In this document: piece after piece, positions 41,549 through 51,823 of the stretch | How positions within the stretch are numbered: the first letter of the stretch is position 1 | How the letters are laid out: each line of letters opens with the position of its first letter | Source: Alphaproteobacteria bacterium | Lineage (GTDB): Bacteria; Pseudomonadota; Alphaproteobacteria; MPNO01; UBA830 | NCBI GenBank assembly: GCA_964291215.2 | Contig: OZ219791.1 | Coordinates: forward strand, 3,424,001 to 3,488,000 | DNA: 64,000 nucleotides | Direction of reading: 5' to 3' | Made by a program: the position numbers and the translations under genes | Notes under the pieces: generated by a model | The model's input: only the letters and a program-made list of their open reading frames with translations | Told to the model about the DNA's origin: nothing | Database searches by the model: none

Positions 41549-42738
41549 ATGACGCCCTCCTCCTTGAGGCGGAAAAGCTCTTCCTCTCCGATGCCGAGTT
41601 CGCCGAATATCTCGGCATTGTGCGCGCCGAGAGGCGCCGGCGGGGCCGCGACGGACGGCGCTGCGCCATCCACCTTGGCGCCGGTCCGGACGACGCGAAT
41701 GTCGCGGCCAACTCCGGGCACGTCGGGGAAGCTGGCGATCAATCCGCGCGAGGCGATGACCTCGTGGTCGAGAATCGCTGGAATGTCGAGCACCTCGCCG
41801 GCCGGCACGCCGATAGCGATCAGATCCCGAACCAGTTCGCTGGCCGTCCGCTTCGCCGTTTCCTTCTCAATCTCCGCGCGAAGCAGCATCCGGTTCTCCT
41901 TGCGGTCTTCCCGGGTGCGGAATTCCGAACGTTCGAGGAGATCCTCCCGTCCGAGATAGCTGGCGAGCCCGTGCCATTGTTCGTCCTTGTTCGCGGCAAT
42001 GTTGACCGGCCTGTCCCCGGTCCGGAACGTCCCGGAAGGCGCGGAGGTCGCGTTCTCGTTTCCGTGCGCGGCCGGGCGCTGGCCCGCGATCAGCCAGTTC
42101 GAGATTACCCATCCGGCGGTGGCCAGTACCGATTCCAGCATCGAGACGTCGATGAAGGTACCGCAGCCGCGGTTGTTGAGCGCCGCCGCGATCGCGAAGG
42201 CGGCGGTGAGCCCGCCGATCGTATCGGCAACCGGAAAGCCGGTCCGCAACGGTGCGCTGCTGTCGTCCCCGGTGATCGACATCAGGCCGGAGACGCCCTG
42301 GATGATCTGGTCGTAGGCCGGATGCCGGGACCACGGGCCGTCCTGACCGAACCCGGAAATCGCGCAATAGACGAGCCCGGGATTGACCTCTCTGAGGTCT
42401 TCCCAGCCCAGCCCCAGCCGATTCATGACCCCGGGACGGAAATTCTCGACAAGCACATCGGAACGCCGCACGAGCTGCTTCAGCAGGTCCGCGCCCTTGC
42501 GATTCTTGAGATCGAGCGTGATCGACTTCTTTCCGGCGTTCTGGGCGAGGAAGGAGACCCCCATCTTCCGGCCGTTGAGCTCTGGGTCGGCGCCGAGCTC
42601 GCGCGCGAGGTCGCCGCGGCCGCGTGCCTCGACCTTGACGACCTCGGCGCCGAAATGCGCGAGCTGGTGACAGCAAAACGGGCCCGCCAGCACGTTCGTC
42701 AGGTCGAGAACGCGCACGCCTTCAAGAAGTCGCGTCAT
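41545..42738 (-). CDS. CaiB/BaiF family III CoA-transferase
   Basis: VLDLTNVLAGPFC, QNAGKKS, ENFRPG, ISGFGQDGP. Confidence 0.92.
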   Translation of the reverse strand: MTRLLEGVRVLDLTNVLAGPFCCHQLAHFGAEVVKVEARGRGDLARELGADPELNGRKMGVSFLAQNAGKKSITLDLKNRKGADLLKQLVRRSDVLVENFRPGVMNRLGLGWEDLREVNPGLVYCAISGFGQDGPWSRHPAYDQIIQGVSGLMSITGDDSSAPLRTGFPVADTIGGLTAAFAIAAALNNRGCGTFIDVSMLESVLATAGWVISNWLIAGQRPAAHGNENATSAPSGTFRTGDRPVNIAANKDEQWHGLASYLGREDLLERSEFRTREDRKENRMLLRAEIEKETAKRTASELVRDLIAIGVPAGEVLDIPAILDHEVIASRGLIASFPDVPGVGRDIRVVRTGAKVDGAAPSVAAPPAPLGAHNAEIFGELGIGEEELFRLKEEGVI

Positions 42739-42739
42739 C

Positions 42740-43003
42740 GGCGCCGCTCCGCGGGAACTCGACGGCCGCATCCTCGACGACCGTGTGCGGCGTGTGTGCC
42801 GGCATGGTGTCGAACACCTCCGCCAGGCCGCTGCCGAAAGCCGCTGTGACGGAATCGAGCATCCCGCACGAGACAATCGTCCGCCCGCAGATCACACACT
42901 CCGACCGGCGCACGAGAGCGGAGATCGGCGACGGTAACCTGGAAACGCTTCTCCGGCCGTAGCAGACCTTCTCCGGCCAGTCCTCGATCAGCCCCTCATA
43001 CAT
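42740..43003 (-). pseudogene. Iron-containing alcohol dehydrogenase/maleylacetate reductase N-terminal remnant
   Basis: EKVCYGR...VFDTMPAHTP..VV pattern; only about 90 aa remain. Confidence 0.4.
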
Positions 43004-43189
43004 GTCGCACCGTGTCGCTGTCGCCTCGTACCGGATTTGTGCACCGGATGGCTTTCTGATGCAACGGACCCTGATACTTGCGCGCTTGACCGGCGTATCG
43101 AACGATCAGTTCGCAATTGCCGGCGATAATCGTTGGCGCCTGCACCGTTGCGTGGCGGTACGATCCCGGAAGGAACCAGAGGTGTATTT

Positions 43190-43538
43190 TCAGACGTCCT
43201 GACCTCGGCTTTGATTTCTTCGAATCAGGGTGATGCTTCCGGGCCGAGTTTGCGTGCGTTGTCTGGCAGTTCTTAGATCATGCGGAGGCCGGTTCCGGAG
43301 CTTCTTCACTGCACGGTCGCGCGGCTCACGCCGCCTGCAGGTCTCTTTGAGGTTCCGATCTGGACGGCTTCAGGAGGGTGCATCGCGAGCGTGTTCACGG
43401 CCGGGGCCATCCAATTCCAGGCATCGTGCCATCACGACGCGGCTACGATGTCAGGCAAAAAACCGGGAAAATCGTTGATTGTGTTGGAAAAGGGGGAGCC
43501 GGACGGATCAAGTCAGCTCACGAGGTCAGGACATCTGA
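43190..43538. mobile_element. MITE-like element with 18-bp TIRs
   Basis: TCAGACGTCCTGACCTCG (43190-43207) / CGAGGTCAGGACATCTGA (43521-43538), 17/18 inverted match; no credible internal ORF. Confidence 0.6.
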
Positions 43539-43642
43539 TTTTGCCGCGACGCTGTCCGGCAGCTAAGTTCTGCCGCAAGAGCCATTCCATCGGCTCCGGA
43601 TATGGCCTGAGCAGGAAGACTGCTGACTGACAGAAAGGATGC

Positions 43643-44668
43643 GTGATGAGCACAACCGGACAGACGCCGTTTGCTGCGCCCGTGGTCGATCACCTCTCGG
43701 TACGGGTCGTTGTCGATTCCCATTACGAGCGTTTTCTGCCGAAGGCAACGCACTCGCATGTTGCGATCGAGCATGTCGGCAGCATTCCCGGCCGCCAGAT
43801 GAGTACGCTGGCAGGGGAATGGGGCCTGTCGCTTCACCTCGAATCGTCGGTGCAAGGCGAGAAGGCGCAATACCTCCTCGATTTCGGCTATACGCCGGAA
43901 ATCCTCAACCGCAATGTCGATCTTCTCGATATTGACGCCTCCTGGCTCAACGGCCTCATCTTGAGCCATGGCCATCGGGATCACTATGGTGGCCTTGAGG
44001 GTTTCGTCGAACGGCACCGCGCACAGATGCGCGATGAGGTGTCACTGTTCGTTGGCGCCGAGGAGGCGTTCCATGTGCGCTGGGTGCCGGGGCCGCTCCG
44101 CGAAAAATCTGGCGGAAAACGCGAAATGGTATGCTGGGGAGCGCCCGATCGTACTGCGCTGGTCGCACAGCAGGTGGCGCCGGTCTGTTGCCACGCGCCG
44201 CAGGTTCTCGATGGCGCGTTCACCACCGGTTACATCGAGCGCGAGTCCTTTGAGGAGGTGACCGGCGGCTCAATGCTTGAGAGTACCGATCATTTCACCG
44301 AGGCCGAGCGGCGGGGCGAGCTGGTTCAGGACAGCCATCCCGAAGAACATGCAACCTGCTATCTGGTGCGGAACAAGGGGCTGGTCGTGATCTCTTCCTG
44401 CGGACATGCGGGCATAGTGAATTCCGTCAAGACGGCCATGGCCGTGGCCGGCACCGATCGCCTGCACGCGGTGATCGGCGGTTTTCACCTCGCGATGTCG
44501 AAGCCCGACTATATCGAGCATACCGTCGACGAGCTTGAGGTCCTTGAACCCGACGTGGTCCTGCCCATGCACTGCACCGGGACGGGTTTCATCGAATCGA
44601 TGCGGCGCCGGATGCCGGAACGCTTGGTTCTTTCCAACCTCGGAAGCAGGTTCACGTTCGGGGCATGA
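43643..44668 (+). CDS. MBL-fold metallo-hydrolase
   Basis: EWGLS, LLDFG, SHGHRDHYGG, SCGHAG, GGFHL, PMHCTG. Confidence 0.9.
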   Translation: MMSTTGQTPFAAPVVDHLSVRVVVDSHYERFLPKATHSHVAIEHVGSIPGRQMSTLAGEWGLSLHLESSVQGEKAQYLLDFGYTPEILNRNVDLLDIDASWLNGLILSHGHRDHYGGLEGFVERHRAQMRDEVSLFVGAEEAFHVRWVPGPLREKSGGKREMVCWGAPDRTALVAQQVAPVCCHAPQVLDGAFTTGYIERESFEEVTGGSMLESTDHFTEAERRGELVQDSHPEEHATCYLVRNKGLVVISSCGHAGIVNSVKTAMAVAGTDRLHAVIGGFHLAMSKPDYIEHTVDELEVLEPDVVLPMHCTGTGFIESMRRRMPERLVLSNLGSRFTFGA

Positions 44669-44800
44669 GAGTCGCTGCCGCCTCGGGACCGGCGGTTCCG
44701 AGGCGGCAGCCGGGTTTTCAAGCGCCGGTCTGCTGGATCCCGGTGCGGGCCTTCCGCCCCAGGTTCTCAATGCGCAGGGCCTCCGGGTCCGACAGCGCTG

Positions 44801-45976
44801 TTATCCCTCGAACAGATTCCTCTGACGCAGCCAGTCCAGCGTATGGCGGACTGCCTCCGCCATGTGTTGCGGCTGGTCGAGGTAGTAATGCGTCGCGCCC
44901 TCGACGATATGATGTTCCTTGTCGGCGCTCGCGGCGGCCTCGAAGATTCTTGCCGTATGCGGTTTCGGCACGGCATCGTCGGCGCTGTTCTCAATGGCGA
45001 GCAGCGGCACGCTGATGCGCGCGGCGTTGGCCGGCCCGTCCGCCCGGCTCTCGTCCACCGACCATTGGCTGAGCCAGGAACGCAGTGTGGAGAAGCGGGC
45101 CAGCCCGACCGGGCCGGTATTCACCGTCGCCGGATCGCCGAGATAGCACCATCCGGGCTTTCGATCGTTTGGATCGATTGCAGGATCCAGAAACCTGGGA
45201 TCCGCCATCGTGCGGTGAACGACGAAGCCGCGTTCGAGTTCCTTGCCGCCCCGCCGGCGGAGATCGTCGAGTGTCTCGCGCACGCGAGCGGTGATCCGGC
45301 GGTTGCGGGCGATCTGGGCAGCCCTGTAGCGCTGAATGAAATCGGTTGTGAAAGGGGGGCCGTTGGACGGATCATATATGTCGAGCGAGGGTTCGCGCCG
45401 GTCCGGGTTCTCCTCATCCACGACGGAGCCGTCCATCCATTCCGTAAGCGTCCATGCGCGCGAAATGTGCGCAGCCTGGAAAACCAGAGCGTCGACGGGA
45501 GCAAGTTCGGAGCCGACGATGTCGATCGGGTCGCCGGCAGGGGTGTCGATGATGGTGGGGTTCTCCGCCTGCGCCTGATAGAAGAGCGAAACTGCGCCCC
45601 CGCCTGACCAGCCGCAGAGCACAATACGCTCGTAGCCCCACTCGCTCCTGGCGGTACGCACCCACGCGCCAAGATCGAGGAGCACCTTCTCCATGATGAG
45701 CGCGCTGTCGTTCTTCGGGTACCGGCTGCCGGCGCAGAGCACATGCAGCCCGTGCGCGGGGAGCGCCCGGGGCACGGGCAGGAGCTGCAGCGTCGAGGAC
45801 GGATGCATGAAGATCATCAACGTCTTCGAATCCACGCCCCTGGGCCGGTAGTGAATACCCTCGAGGCTCACCCGTCCGGCAGATCCGGCGAAACCGTAGG
45901 TTTCGGTGAACGCTGCTTTCTCCTCATGGCTGACGTGGCGCCAGAGGGATTCAACTTCATGGATGCGATTGGGCAT
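44801..45976 (-). CDS. Alpha/beta hydrolase
   Basis: GWSGGG nucleophile, ADDAVP, GATHYY; start at MPNRIHE. Confidence 0.85.
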   Translation of the reverse strand: MPNRIHEVESLWRHVSHEEKAAFTETYGFAGSAGRVSLEGIHYRPRGVDSKTLMIFMHPSSTLQLLPVPRALPAHGLHVLCAGSRYPKNDSALIMEKVLLDLGAWVRTARSEWGYERIVLCGWSGGGAVSLFYQAQAENPTIIDTPAGDPIDIVGSELAPVDALVFQAAHISRAWTLTEWMDGSVVDEENPDRREPSLDIYDPSNGPPFTTDFIQRYRAAQIARNRRITARVRETLDDLRRRGGKELERGFVVHRTMADPRFLDPAIDPNDRKPGWCYLGDPATVNTGPVGLARFSTLRSWLSQWSVDESRADGPANAARISVPLLAIENSADDAVPKPHTARIFEAAASADKEHHIVEGATHYYLDQPQHMAEAVRHTLDWLRQRNLFEG

Positions 45977-46431
45977 CGGCTTTCTCCAGGTTCCGGTCCG
46001 GCAAAAATCCGGTGGATGCCACATCATGTCAAACACTCGCGCCGCGTCGTCGTGCGTCCCGCGTTGCGGCAGAGAGCCCGGCGGGTGGGTTTCCTGCTGC
46101 CTGGCGGGGAGGTGAACGGCAGGCGGCACTGCGCCGTTGGTCGGTGCTCGCCGAAGCTGTGCACCCGACTACGCATCCAGGGCCTACGAGTTTGATCCAG
46201 TGTCGTTTTCTTCTTTCCCCCATTGTTGAAGACGAACGGAGCCCGACACCTCCCGCTTCCTCAGGATCACGTGTTCGACAGCGGGAAGCGTTTGTTGGCG
46301 TTGTCGGGTTTCGGCTTGCAGCGCACCGCAAGTTTTGCTTTTATACGAAGAGTGGGAGACGATTTACGGGCGCCTGCGATGCGCGGAAGCAGTCCGCCGC
46401 GGCTGTGCCTCCTGGCCATGGGAGAGATACG

Positions 46432-47811
46432 ATGGATCGGCTGAACGCAATTATCGATTCGGTAAACGCTTTCGCATGGGGTCCTCCCATGCTCGGCATT
46501 CTGGGCGTGACGGGCATGCTGCTCACCCTCGGTCTCGTATTCATGCCGTGGCGCAAGGTGGGATACGGCTTCCGCCTTCTGTTCGAGAAGGGTGGCGCCA
46601 CGGGGGACGGAGAGGTCAAACCGTTCAACGCACTGATGACCGCTCTGTCGGCAACCGTCGGCACCGGGAACATCGCCGGCGTTGCCACGGCGATCGCGCT
46701 CGGCGGGCCGGGCGCGATCTTCTACATGTGGCTGATCGCGCTGTTCGGCATGGCGACGAAATACGCCGAGGCGGTGTGTGCGGTGACCTACCGCGAGAAG
46801 GACGCCACGGGCAAGTATGTTGGCGGTCCGATGTATTACCTGCGCAACGGAGTCGGGGAGTTCGCGCCCGAGCTCGGCAAGTGGCTGGGGCTCGCCTTTG
46901 CGATCTTCGGGGCCGTGGCGGCGTTCGGCATCGGCAACGCGGTGCAGGTCAACTCAATGGCCGCCGCACTCGACAACAGCTTCGGGGCGCCGGCATGGGT
47001 AACCGGTTTGGTCGTGGCGGCGCTGGTCGGCATCGTCGTCATCGGCGGCATCCGGCGCATCGGCGATGTGGCAGGCAAGCTGGTGCCGGCGATGATCGTT
47101 CTCTATCTCGGCGCTGCGCTGCTGATCCTCGCGATCAATGTCACGGCGATACCGGAGGCAATCGGCCTGATCTTCACCCATGCCTTCACTCCTGCCGCCG
47201 CAACCGGCGGGTTTGCGGGTGCGGCGGTGGCCGCTGCCATTCGCTTCGGCATCGCGCGGGGCGTGTTCTCCAACGAATCGGGGCTCGGTTCGGCCGCCAT
47301 CGCGCATGCGGCGGCGCAGACCAACAGCCCGGTGCGGCAGGGGATCATCGCCATGCTGGGCACCTTCATCGACACCCTCGTGGTGTGCACGATGACGGCG
47401 CTGGTCATCCTGACCTCCGGGGCGTGGACGATGACGGGCTCCGATGGCGGCGGGCTCACCGGCGCGGTGCTCACCTCGACCGGCTTCGAGACCTCGATGG
47501 CCGGCGGCCAGTACATCGTCACCATCGCGCTGGCGGTATTCGCCTTCACCACCATTCTCGGCTGGTCCTATTACGGAGAGCGGTGCTGGCAGTACCTCTT
47601 CAAGGAGAAAAGCCTGGTCATTTACCGGGCGTTATGGGTGGTGGCCGCCTTGGCCTTCGCCAACGTGAAGGTGGATTTTGTGTGGAATCTCGCCGACACG
47701 CTGAACGGCCTGATGGCGGTGCCCAACCTGATCGGGCTGCTGCTGCTAGCGCCGATGGTATTCAAGGTCACGCGGCAGTACTTCGAGGATCTCGGCAGAC
47801 CGCTCGGATGA
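46432..47811 (+). CDS. Alanine/glycine:cation symporter (AGCS family)
   Basis: ATVGTGNIAGVA, GGPGA.F.MW, GGPMYY, RGVFSNESGLGS, FIDTLVVCTMT. Confidence 0.93.
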   Translation: MDRLNAIIDSVNAFAWGPPMLGILGVTGMLLTLGLVFMPWRKVGYGFRLLFEKGGATGDGEVKPFNALMTALSATVGTGNIAGVATAIALGGPGAIFYMWLIALFGMATKYAEAVCAVTYREKDATGKYVGGPMYYLRNGVGEFAPELGKWLGLAFAIFGAVAAFGIGNAVQVNSMAAALDNSFGAPAWVTGLVVAALVGIVVIGGIRRIGDVAGKLVPAMIVLYLGAALLILAINVTAIPEAIGLIFTHAFTPAAATGGFAGAAVAAAIRFGIARGVFSNESGLGSAAIAHAAAQTNSPVRQGIIAMLGTFIDTLVVCTMTALVILTSGAWTMTGSDGGGLTGAVLTSTGFETSMAGGQYIVTIALAVFAFTTILGWSYYGERCWQYLFKEKSLVIYRALWVVAALAFANVKVDFVWNLADTLNGLMAVPNLIGLLLLAPMVFKVTRQYFEDLGRPLG

Positions 47812-48114
47812 CGGCCCGGCGTGGACCTCCGCCGGGCGCTGCGCATCGCTGGTGCGGAGGCGTCGCTGAGAATGCCGCACCGGGAGAAGGGCCGTCTCTC
47901 TCCGACGACGCCGGGATGAGAGTCGCTCTCCTGACCAGTTCAGCCATCCTTGGGAGGAGGGGAGCGGCCCTTCTGCCTGCGGTCGCAGAGGACGCTGGCT
48001 GCGATTCTCCTCGGGTGCAGTTCTCGTATGGCGAATCCAAGTCATTGATTTAACACAATTGTGCGGTCGCAAGGTAGCGGCGAAAACGGGTTTTCGTGAC
48101 AATCGCCCGTTTCA

Positions 48115-48456
48115 GGACAGGATTTTGTCACGACCCCCGCGGCATCGACAGGGTGGTCCGGGCGCTGCACCACCTTCGCGGCGCCAACGGGCCGACAGGG
48201 AACTGTCCCTCTTCCGCAAGCATCGCCACCGCATGCGCTACCACGCGCTGAATCAACCGGCTCGGGAATTGTCGAGGCGGCAAACAAGACCCCCGTCACA
48301 CAGCGCATGAGGCGCTCCGGGATGCGCCGGCGCATCGTCGGCGGACAATCACCTTCCGCGCCCTGCTCGAAGCCGGCCGCTTCGAGAGCGCGTGGACGGC
48401 CATGATCGGTGCAGACGACGCACCAGCCAACGACAACATCAGCCCAAATCACACCC
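48115..48456 (+). mobile_element. ISKra4/ISLre2-like transposase C-terminal remnant
   Basis: FRKHRHRMRY, GSGIVEAANK, QRMRRSGMR, GRFESAW fragments. Confidence 0.65.
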
Positions 48457-48799
48457 CGGCACCGGCCGCATGAGATGAACAAATGGTACTGAGCCTGCAA
48501 CCGTGCCATACGAAACTCTCACCCTTCTCCTCCCGACTTGCCAGCCGCTGCGGGTCTTGATGCCGATACAGGCGGGCCTCATCTCCCGGGCCGCCTTCAG
48601 CATCGCCGTGGTGCTCTTCGTCTTGCGCCGACCCTTCGCCGCGAGCGGCTCGGCGGGGCGAGAACGATATCGCCGTCGGCGCGGGCCCGGTACCTTTCAA
48701 AGTGCCGGACTTGTATAGCTGATCCGTTTCGTGCATGCAGGTCGGGCTCCGCCATTTCGATTCGCAGACGCTTGACTGGTTAGCTGGCGCGTTGCGCTC

Positions 48800-49290
48800 A
48801 GCCGATGTCCGCTATCGCTTCTCGCTCTTGCGCCCGTACATCGACTTCGACGACTTGCTCGAACGAAGCTTGTCGCTCTCCGCCTCAACCCGCTCCTTCA
48901 GCACCTACACCTCGGCCCAGCATTCTCCATGCGCAGCGATCCCACCGGCGACCGCTTCCGCGCATCAACGCCAGCCTCGGCAAGAAGCTGGCCCAGATGC
49001 GCAGCCTCCTGCTCCAGCGCAAGAGACTGCTTCGCCGTCCGCCGAACCTCCCCGATCTCCGCACGGGCAGCTGCCAGCTTCTCGCGATTGCTCTCGAAAA
49101 TCGCCTTCAGGGAATTTGCGCGGCTGCGCTCCTCCACCTCCTGCCAGCGCAGCTCCTCACAGCGACCCTCCGCAGCCGCCGCGCGGGCTTCCGCCGCCTC
49201 GGCTCGAATACGCTCGCGATCGCACCGGGACTTCCAGGTGACCGAAGCACAACACGACGACTGCGGCGCGTCGCCTGTGGCGGCGCTGCC
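48800..49290 (-). mobile_element. Coiled-coil transposase N-terminal remnant (IS66-like)
   Basis: RAEAAEARA...CEELRWQE...RSRANSLK...LAEAGVDARKRS; fragmentary, family uncertain. Confidence 0.4.
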
Positions 49291-49299
49291 GCGCCATCG

Positions 49300-49470
49300 C
49301 CGACACCCACGCCGAGCGTTATCTCCACGCGTGCGGGCCGGCGTCGCCGCCACCGTCATCCTGCCCGCCGGCAACGACTTCAACGACGACCTGGTCGCGC
49401 TCGGCCCGGCAACGCTCCGCGCCCGCTTCGCGCCGCTGTTCCGCACCCCCGCCTGCGCCTCCCCGGCCGG
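49300..49470 (+). pseudogene. Toprim/primase C-terminal fragment
   Basis: AGVAATVILPAGNDFNDDLVALG matches the DFNDDL end of plasmid/ICE toprim proteins. Confidence 0.55.
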
Positions 49471-49545
49471 CGCGGGCTCCCGGTCCGGGGGAGGAAGAGG
49501 AGAGCGGAGGGTCGGGCAAGCCGACCCGAAGAGTGGAGGGAGTCC

Positions 49546-49896
49546 ATGAGAGCCGTCGTCAACCTGAATACCGAGCCGCGGCTGCGCGAGGCGTTCGAAT
49601 ACGCGCAGGTCGTCGACAACACCGTGCTGATCGACCGCCGCACTCGGTGGGGCAATCCGTTCCGAATCGGCCAGGACCGCGCGCAGGCGATCGCCCGCTA
49701 CCGCGCCGACCTCTGGCGCCGCATCCGCGCGGGCGAGGTCGCGCTGGAGGAGCTGGCCGGACTGGACGGCTGCTGGCTCGCCTGCTGGTGCGAGCCGCTG
49801 CCCTGCCACGGCGATGTCCTCGCCCGGGCCGCAGAATGGGCATCCGGGCAGTTGGCGCAGCGCAACACCGGCCGGACGGAAGGAGGCGCGTCATGA
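49546..49896 (+). CDS. DUF4326 domain protein
   Basis: IDRRTRWGNPF, LACWCEPLPCHGDVL; GGAGG RBS. Confidence 0.85.
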   Translation: MRAVVNLNTEPRLREAFEYAQVVDNTVLIDRRTRWGNPFRIGQDRAQAIARYRADLWRRIRAGEVALEELAGLDGCWLACWCEPLPCHGDVLARAAEWASGQLAQRNTGRTEGGAS

Positions 49897-50075
49897 GCAC
49901 CATCTCCTTCCGCCGCATCGCCCCCGACGAATCCCGCATCTACCGGGACGGCGATCATGTCGGAGACATCCACGCCTTCGACGACAGCACCCGGCCGGGG
50001 CGCCGGGTGTTCGCCATACACCTCGACGAAGACCCGCGCGGGCCGGTGTATCTCCAAGACCGCGCCCGCACCACT
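49893..50075 (+). pseudogene. Small hypothetical protein truncated by an IS256 fragment
   Basis: ATG overlaps the DUF4326 stop (MSTISFRRIAPDESRIY...); the frame runs into IS sequence. Confidence 0.45.
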
Positions 50076-50287
50076 CGCGCATCCCGCCAGGCCATGAGCG
50101 ACCGATCCAGCAAGAGCTCAAGCGGCGCACCTCCAAAGTCAGGGTCTTTCCGAACCTCGCCTCGTTGGAGCGCCTCTCAACCGCGGTCCTCATCGACGAA
50201 AAATGGGAAACCGAAACCAAGGCATACATCAAATGGGAACAGCTCGATCAGCTTCACGACAATTTCCAGACATCAGGTTGCGTAATC
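50076..50287 (+). mobile_element. IS256-family right-end remnant
   Basis: IQQELKRRTSKVRVFPN..SLERL...DEKW; terminal AATTTCCAGACATCAGGTTGCGTAATC. Confidence 0.82.
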
Positions 50288-50549
50288 GCCGGGCGCCCAT
50301 CTCGCCTTCCTGCACGGCCCATGGCATCGCATCCTGAAGCGCGCCGGCATCGAGGACCTGCGCATCCATGACCTCCGCCACAGCTTTGCCAGCGGCGGTC
50401 TGCTGGTCGGCGAGGGCCTGCCGATGATCGGCAAGCTGCTCGGACACAACAAGGTCCAGACGACCGCCCGCTATGCCCATCTCGCCAACGATCCCGTCAA
50501 GTCCGCCGCCAACAGGATCGCAACCAGGATCGCCGAAGTCGCGGGGTGA
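50288..50549 (+). pseudogene. Tyrosine recombinase/integrase C-terminal fragment
   Basis: LRIHDLRHSFAS...IGKLLGH..VQTTARYAHL. Confidence 0.88.
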
Positions 50550-50643
50550 GGCGGCCCCCGGTCGAGCCGGTGGGGGATTTGCACTTCCGGCGGCCGGGTG
50601 GTACGAATATCCGGCTTTCCAACATCGGTCGCGGGGGACCGCC

Positions 50644-50937
50644 ATGCCGTTCGTCACGGTGAAGCCGAAGTTCCAGGTCACCATTCCGGCCGGGTTGCGC
50701 AAGGACATCGATCTTCGCGAGGGCGACCTCATGGAGGCGACGCTCGTGGGCGACGGAATCCTGCTGAGGCCCAAGGAGGTGGTGGACCGCAAGGCATCGG
50801 CCGACCGGATCGCCGCAACGCTTGCGGCGGCTCGGCCTTCGTCCAGGGATCGCGGGCGCACCGAGGACGAAATCATGGAGGAGACGGTCGCGGAGATATC
50901 CGCCTCGCGCCGTGAGCGCCGCGCCCGCGCTGGATGA
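50644..50937 (+). CDS. AbrB/MazE/SpoVT-family antitoxin
   Basis: VKPKFQVTIPAGLRKDIDLREGD...ILLRP. Confidence 0.85.
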   Translation: MPFVTVKPKFQVTIPAGLRKDIDLREGDLMEATLVGDGILLRPKEVVDRKASADRIAATLAAARPSSRDRGRTEDEIMEETVAEISASRRERRARAG

Positions 50938-51327
50938 AGGTCGTGCTGGATTGCAATGTCGTGGTGGCGGCGGCGCGAACCGACGGCGCGTGCCGCCAAG
51001 CGATCGACAGGGTGCATGCGGGATCACGAGCTCGTCCTGTCCGCGCCCATCCTGTTGGAATACGAAACGGTTGCCGCTCGGCCCGCCTAGGCGTCCTGCC
51101 GCGAAACCCTGGAATTGGTCATCCGGGAGATCGCGCGTCTGGCGGTCACGGTCGAGCCGGCGGACCTCGCATTCGGCCTGCGCGACCCCGACGACGAGGT
51201 TTATCTGGCGACCGCCGCGGCCGGCGGCGCGATCCTGATCACCGGCAATGTGCGGGACTTCACGGAGCCGCGCTACGGGCCGGTCGAGATATGGTCGCCG
51301 CGCGCGTTTCTCGACCGCACGAGCTGA
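50934..51327 (+). pseudogene. PIN-domain (VapC-like) toxin, frameshift plus nonsense
   Basis: MKVVLDCNVVVAA, RDPDDEVYLATA, LITGNVRDF; frameshift near 51015 and TAG at 51088-51090. Confidence 0.82.
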
Positions 51328-51439
51328 CCGGGCTTCGGCCGGTCCATCGCCTCACGACGCGCTGAAACCGGCACTGGCCAGGGCCGGGCGGATCGCGTGA
51401 AGAACTTTTTGGGGGCAGGGCGGCGCCACGGGCGGCCAC

Positions 51440-51790
51440 GTGATGCCGGGGCTGCGAATTTCTGGATGTGCACCGCGCCCCGGACTCGCTCGCCGGCAGA
51501 GGCGATGTCGAGCGCCGCCGCGACGGGCGGATAGCAGCGGTTGGCGTCGGAGACCGGCAGGGCATCCGGGGCGAGGACCGGCCTAGCACCGCCTTCACGC
51601 TGTCTGCGTTCAACGCCGGCAGAGTGTGGCTGAGGGTCTCGCCGCCACGGTCGGCGGCGACTGGGACCGGCACCTGCTCGCGCAAGAGGTCGCGCTTCCT
51701 GGCCTTGCCGCCTCGACGACCCCGGCAAGCCGCTCCGGCGCCTGCCTGACCGCCGTCAGGAAGCGCGGCTGCCCTTTCGAATATCTGCAC
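51440..51790 (-). mobile_element. IS1595-family transposase remnant
   Basis: RRGGKARKR...EQVPV.VAADRGG, VSDANRCY, GERVRGAVHIQ. Confidence 0.75.
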
Positions 51791-51823
51791 CCAGAAGATC
51801 GCGGGCTGCATCGTCTTGCCGCT

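Noticed and set aside
46130-46431. Glycine riboswitch upstream of the alanine/glycine symporter
   Set aside because: Only a GGAGA word is present; the conserved CCGAAG and CTCTCAGG elements are not discernible. An Rfam scan would settle it
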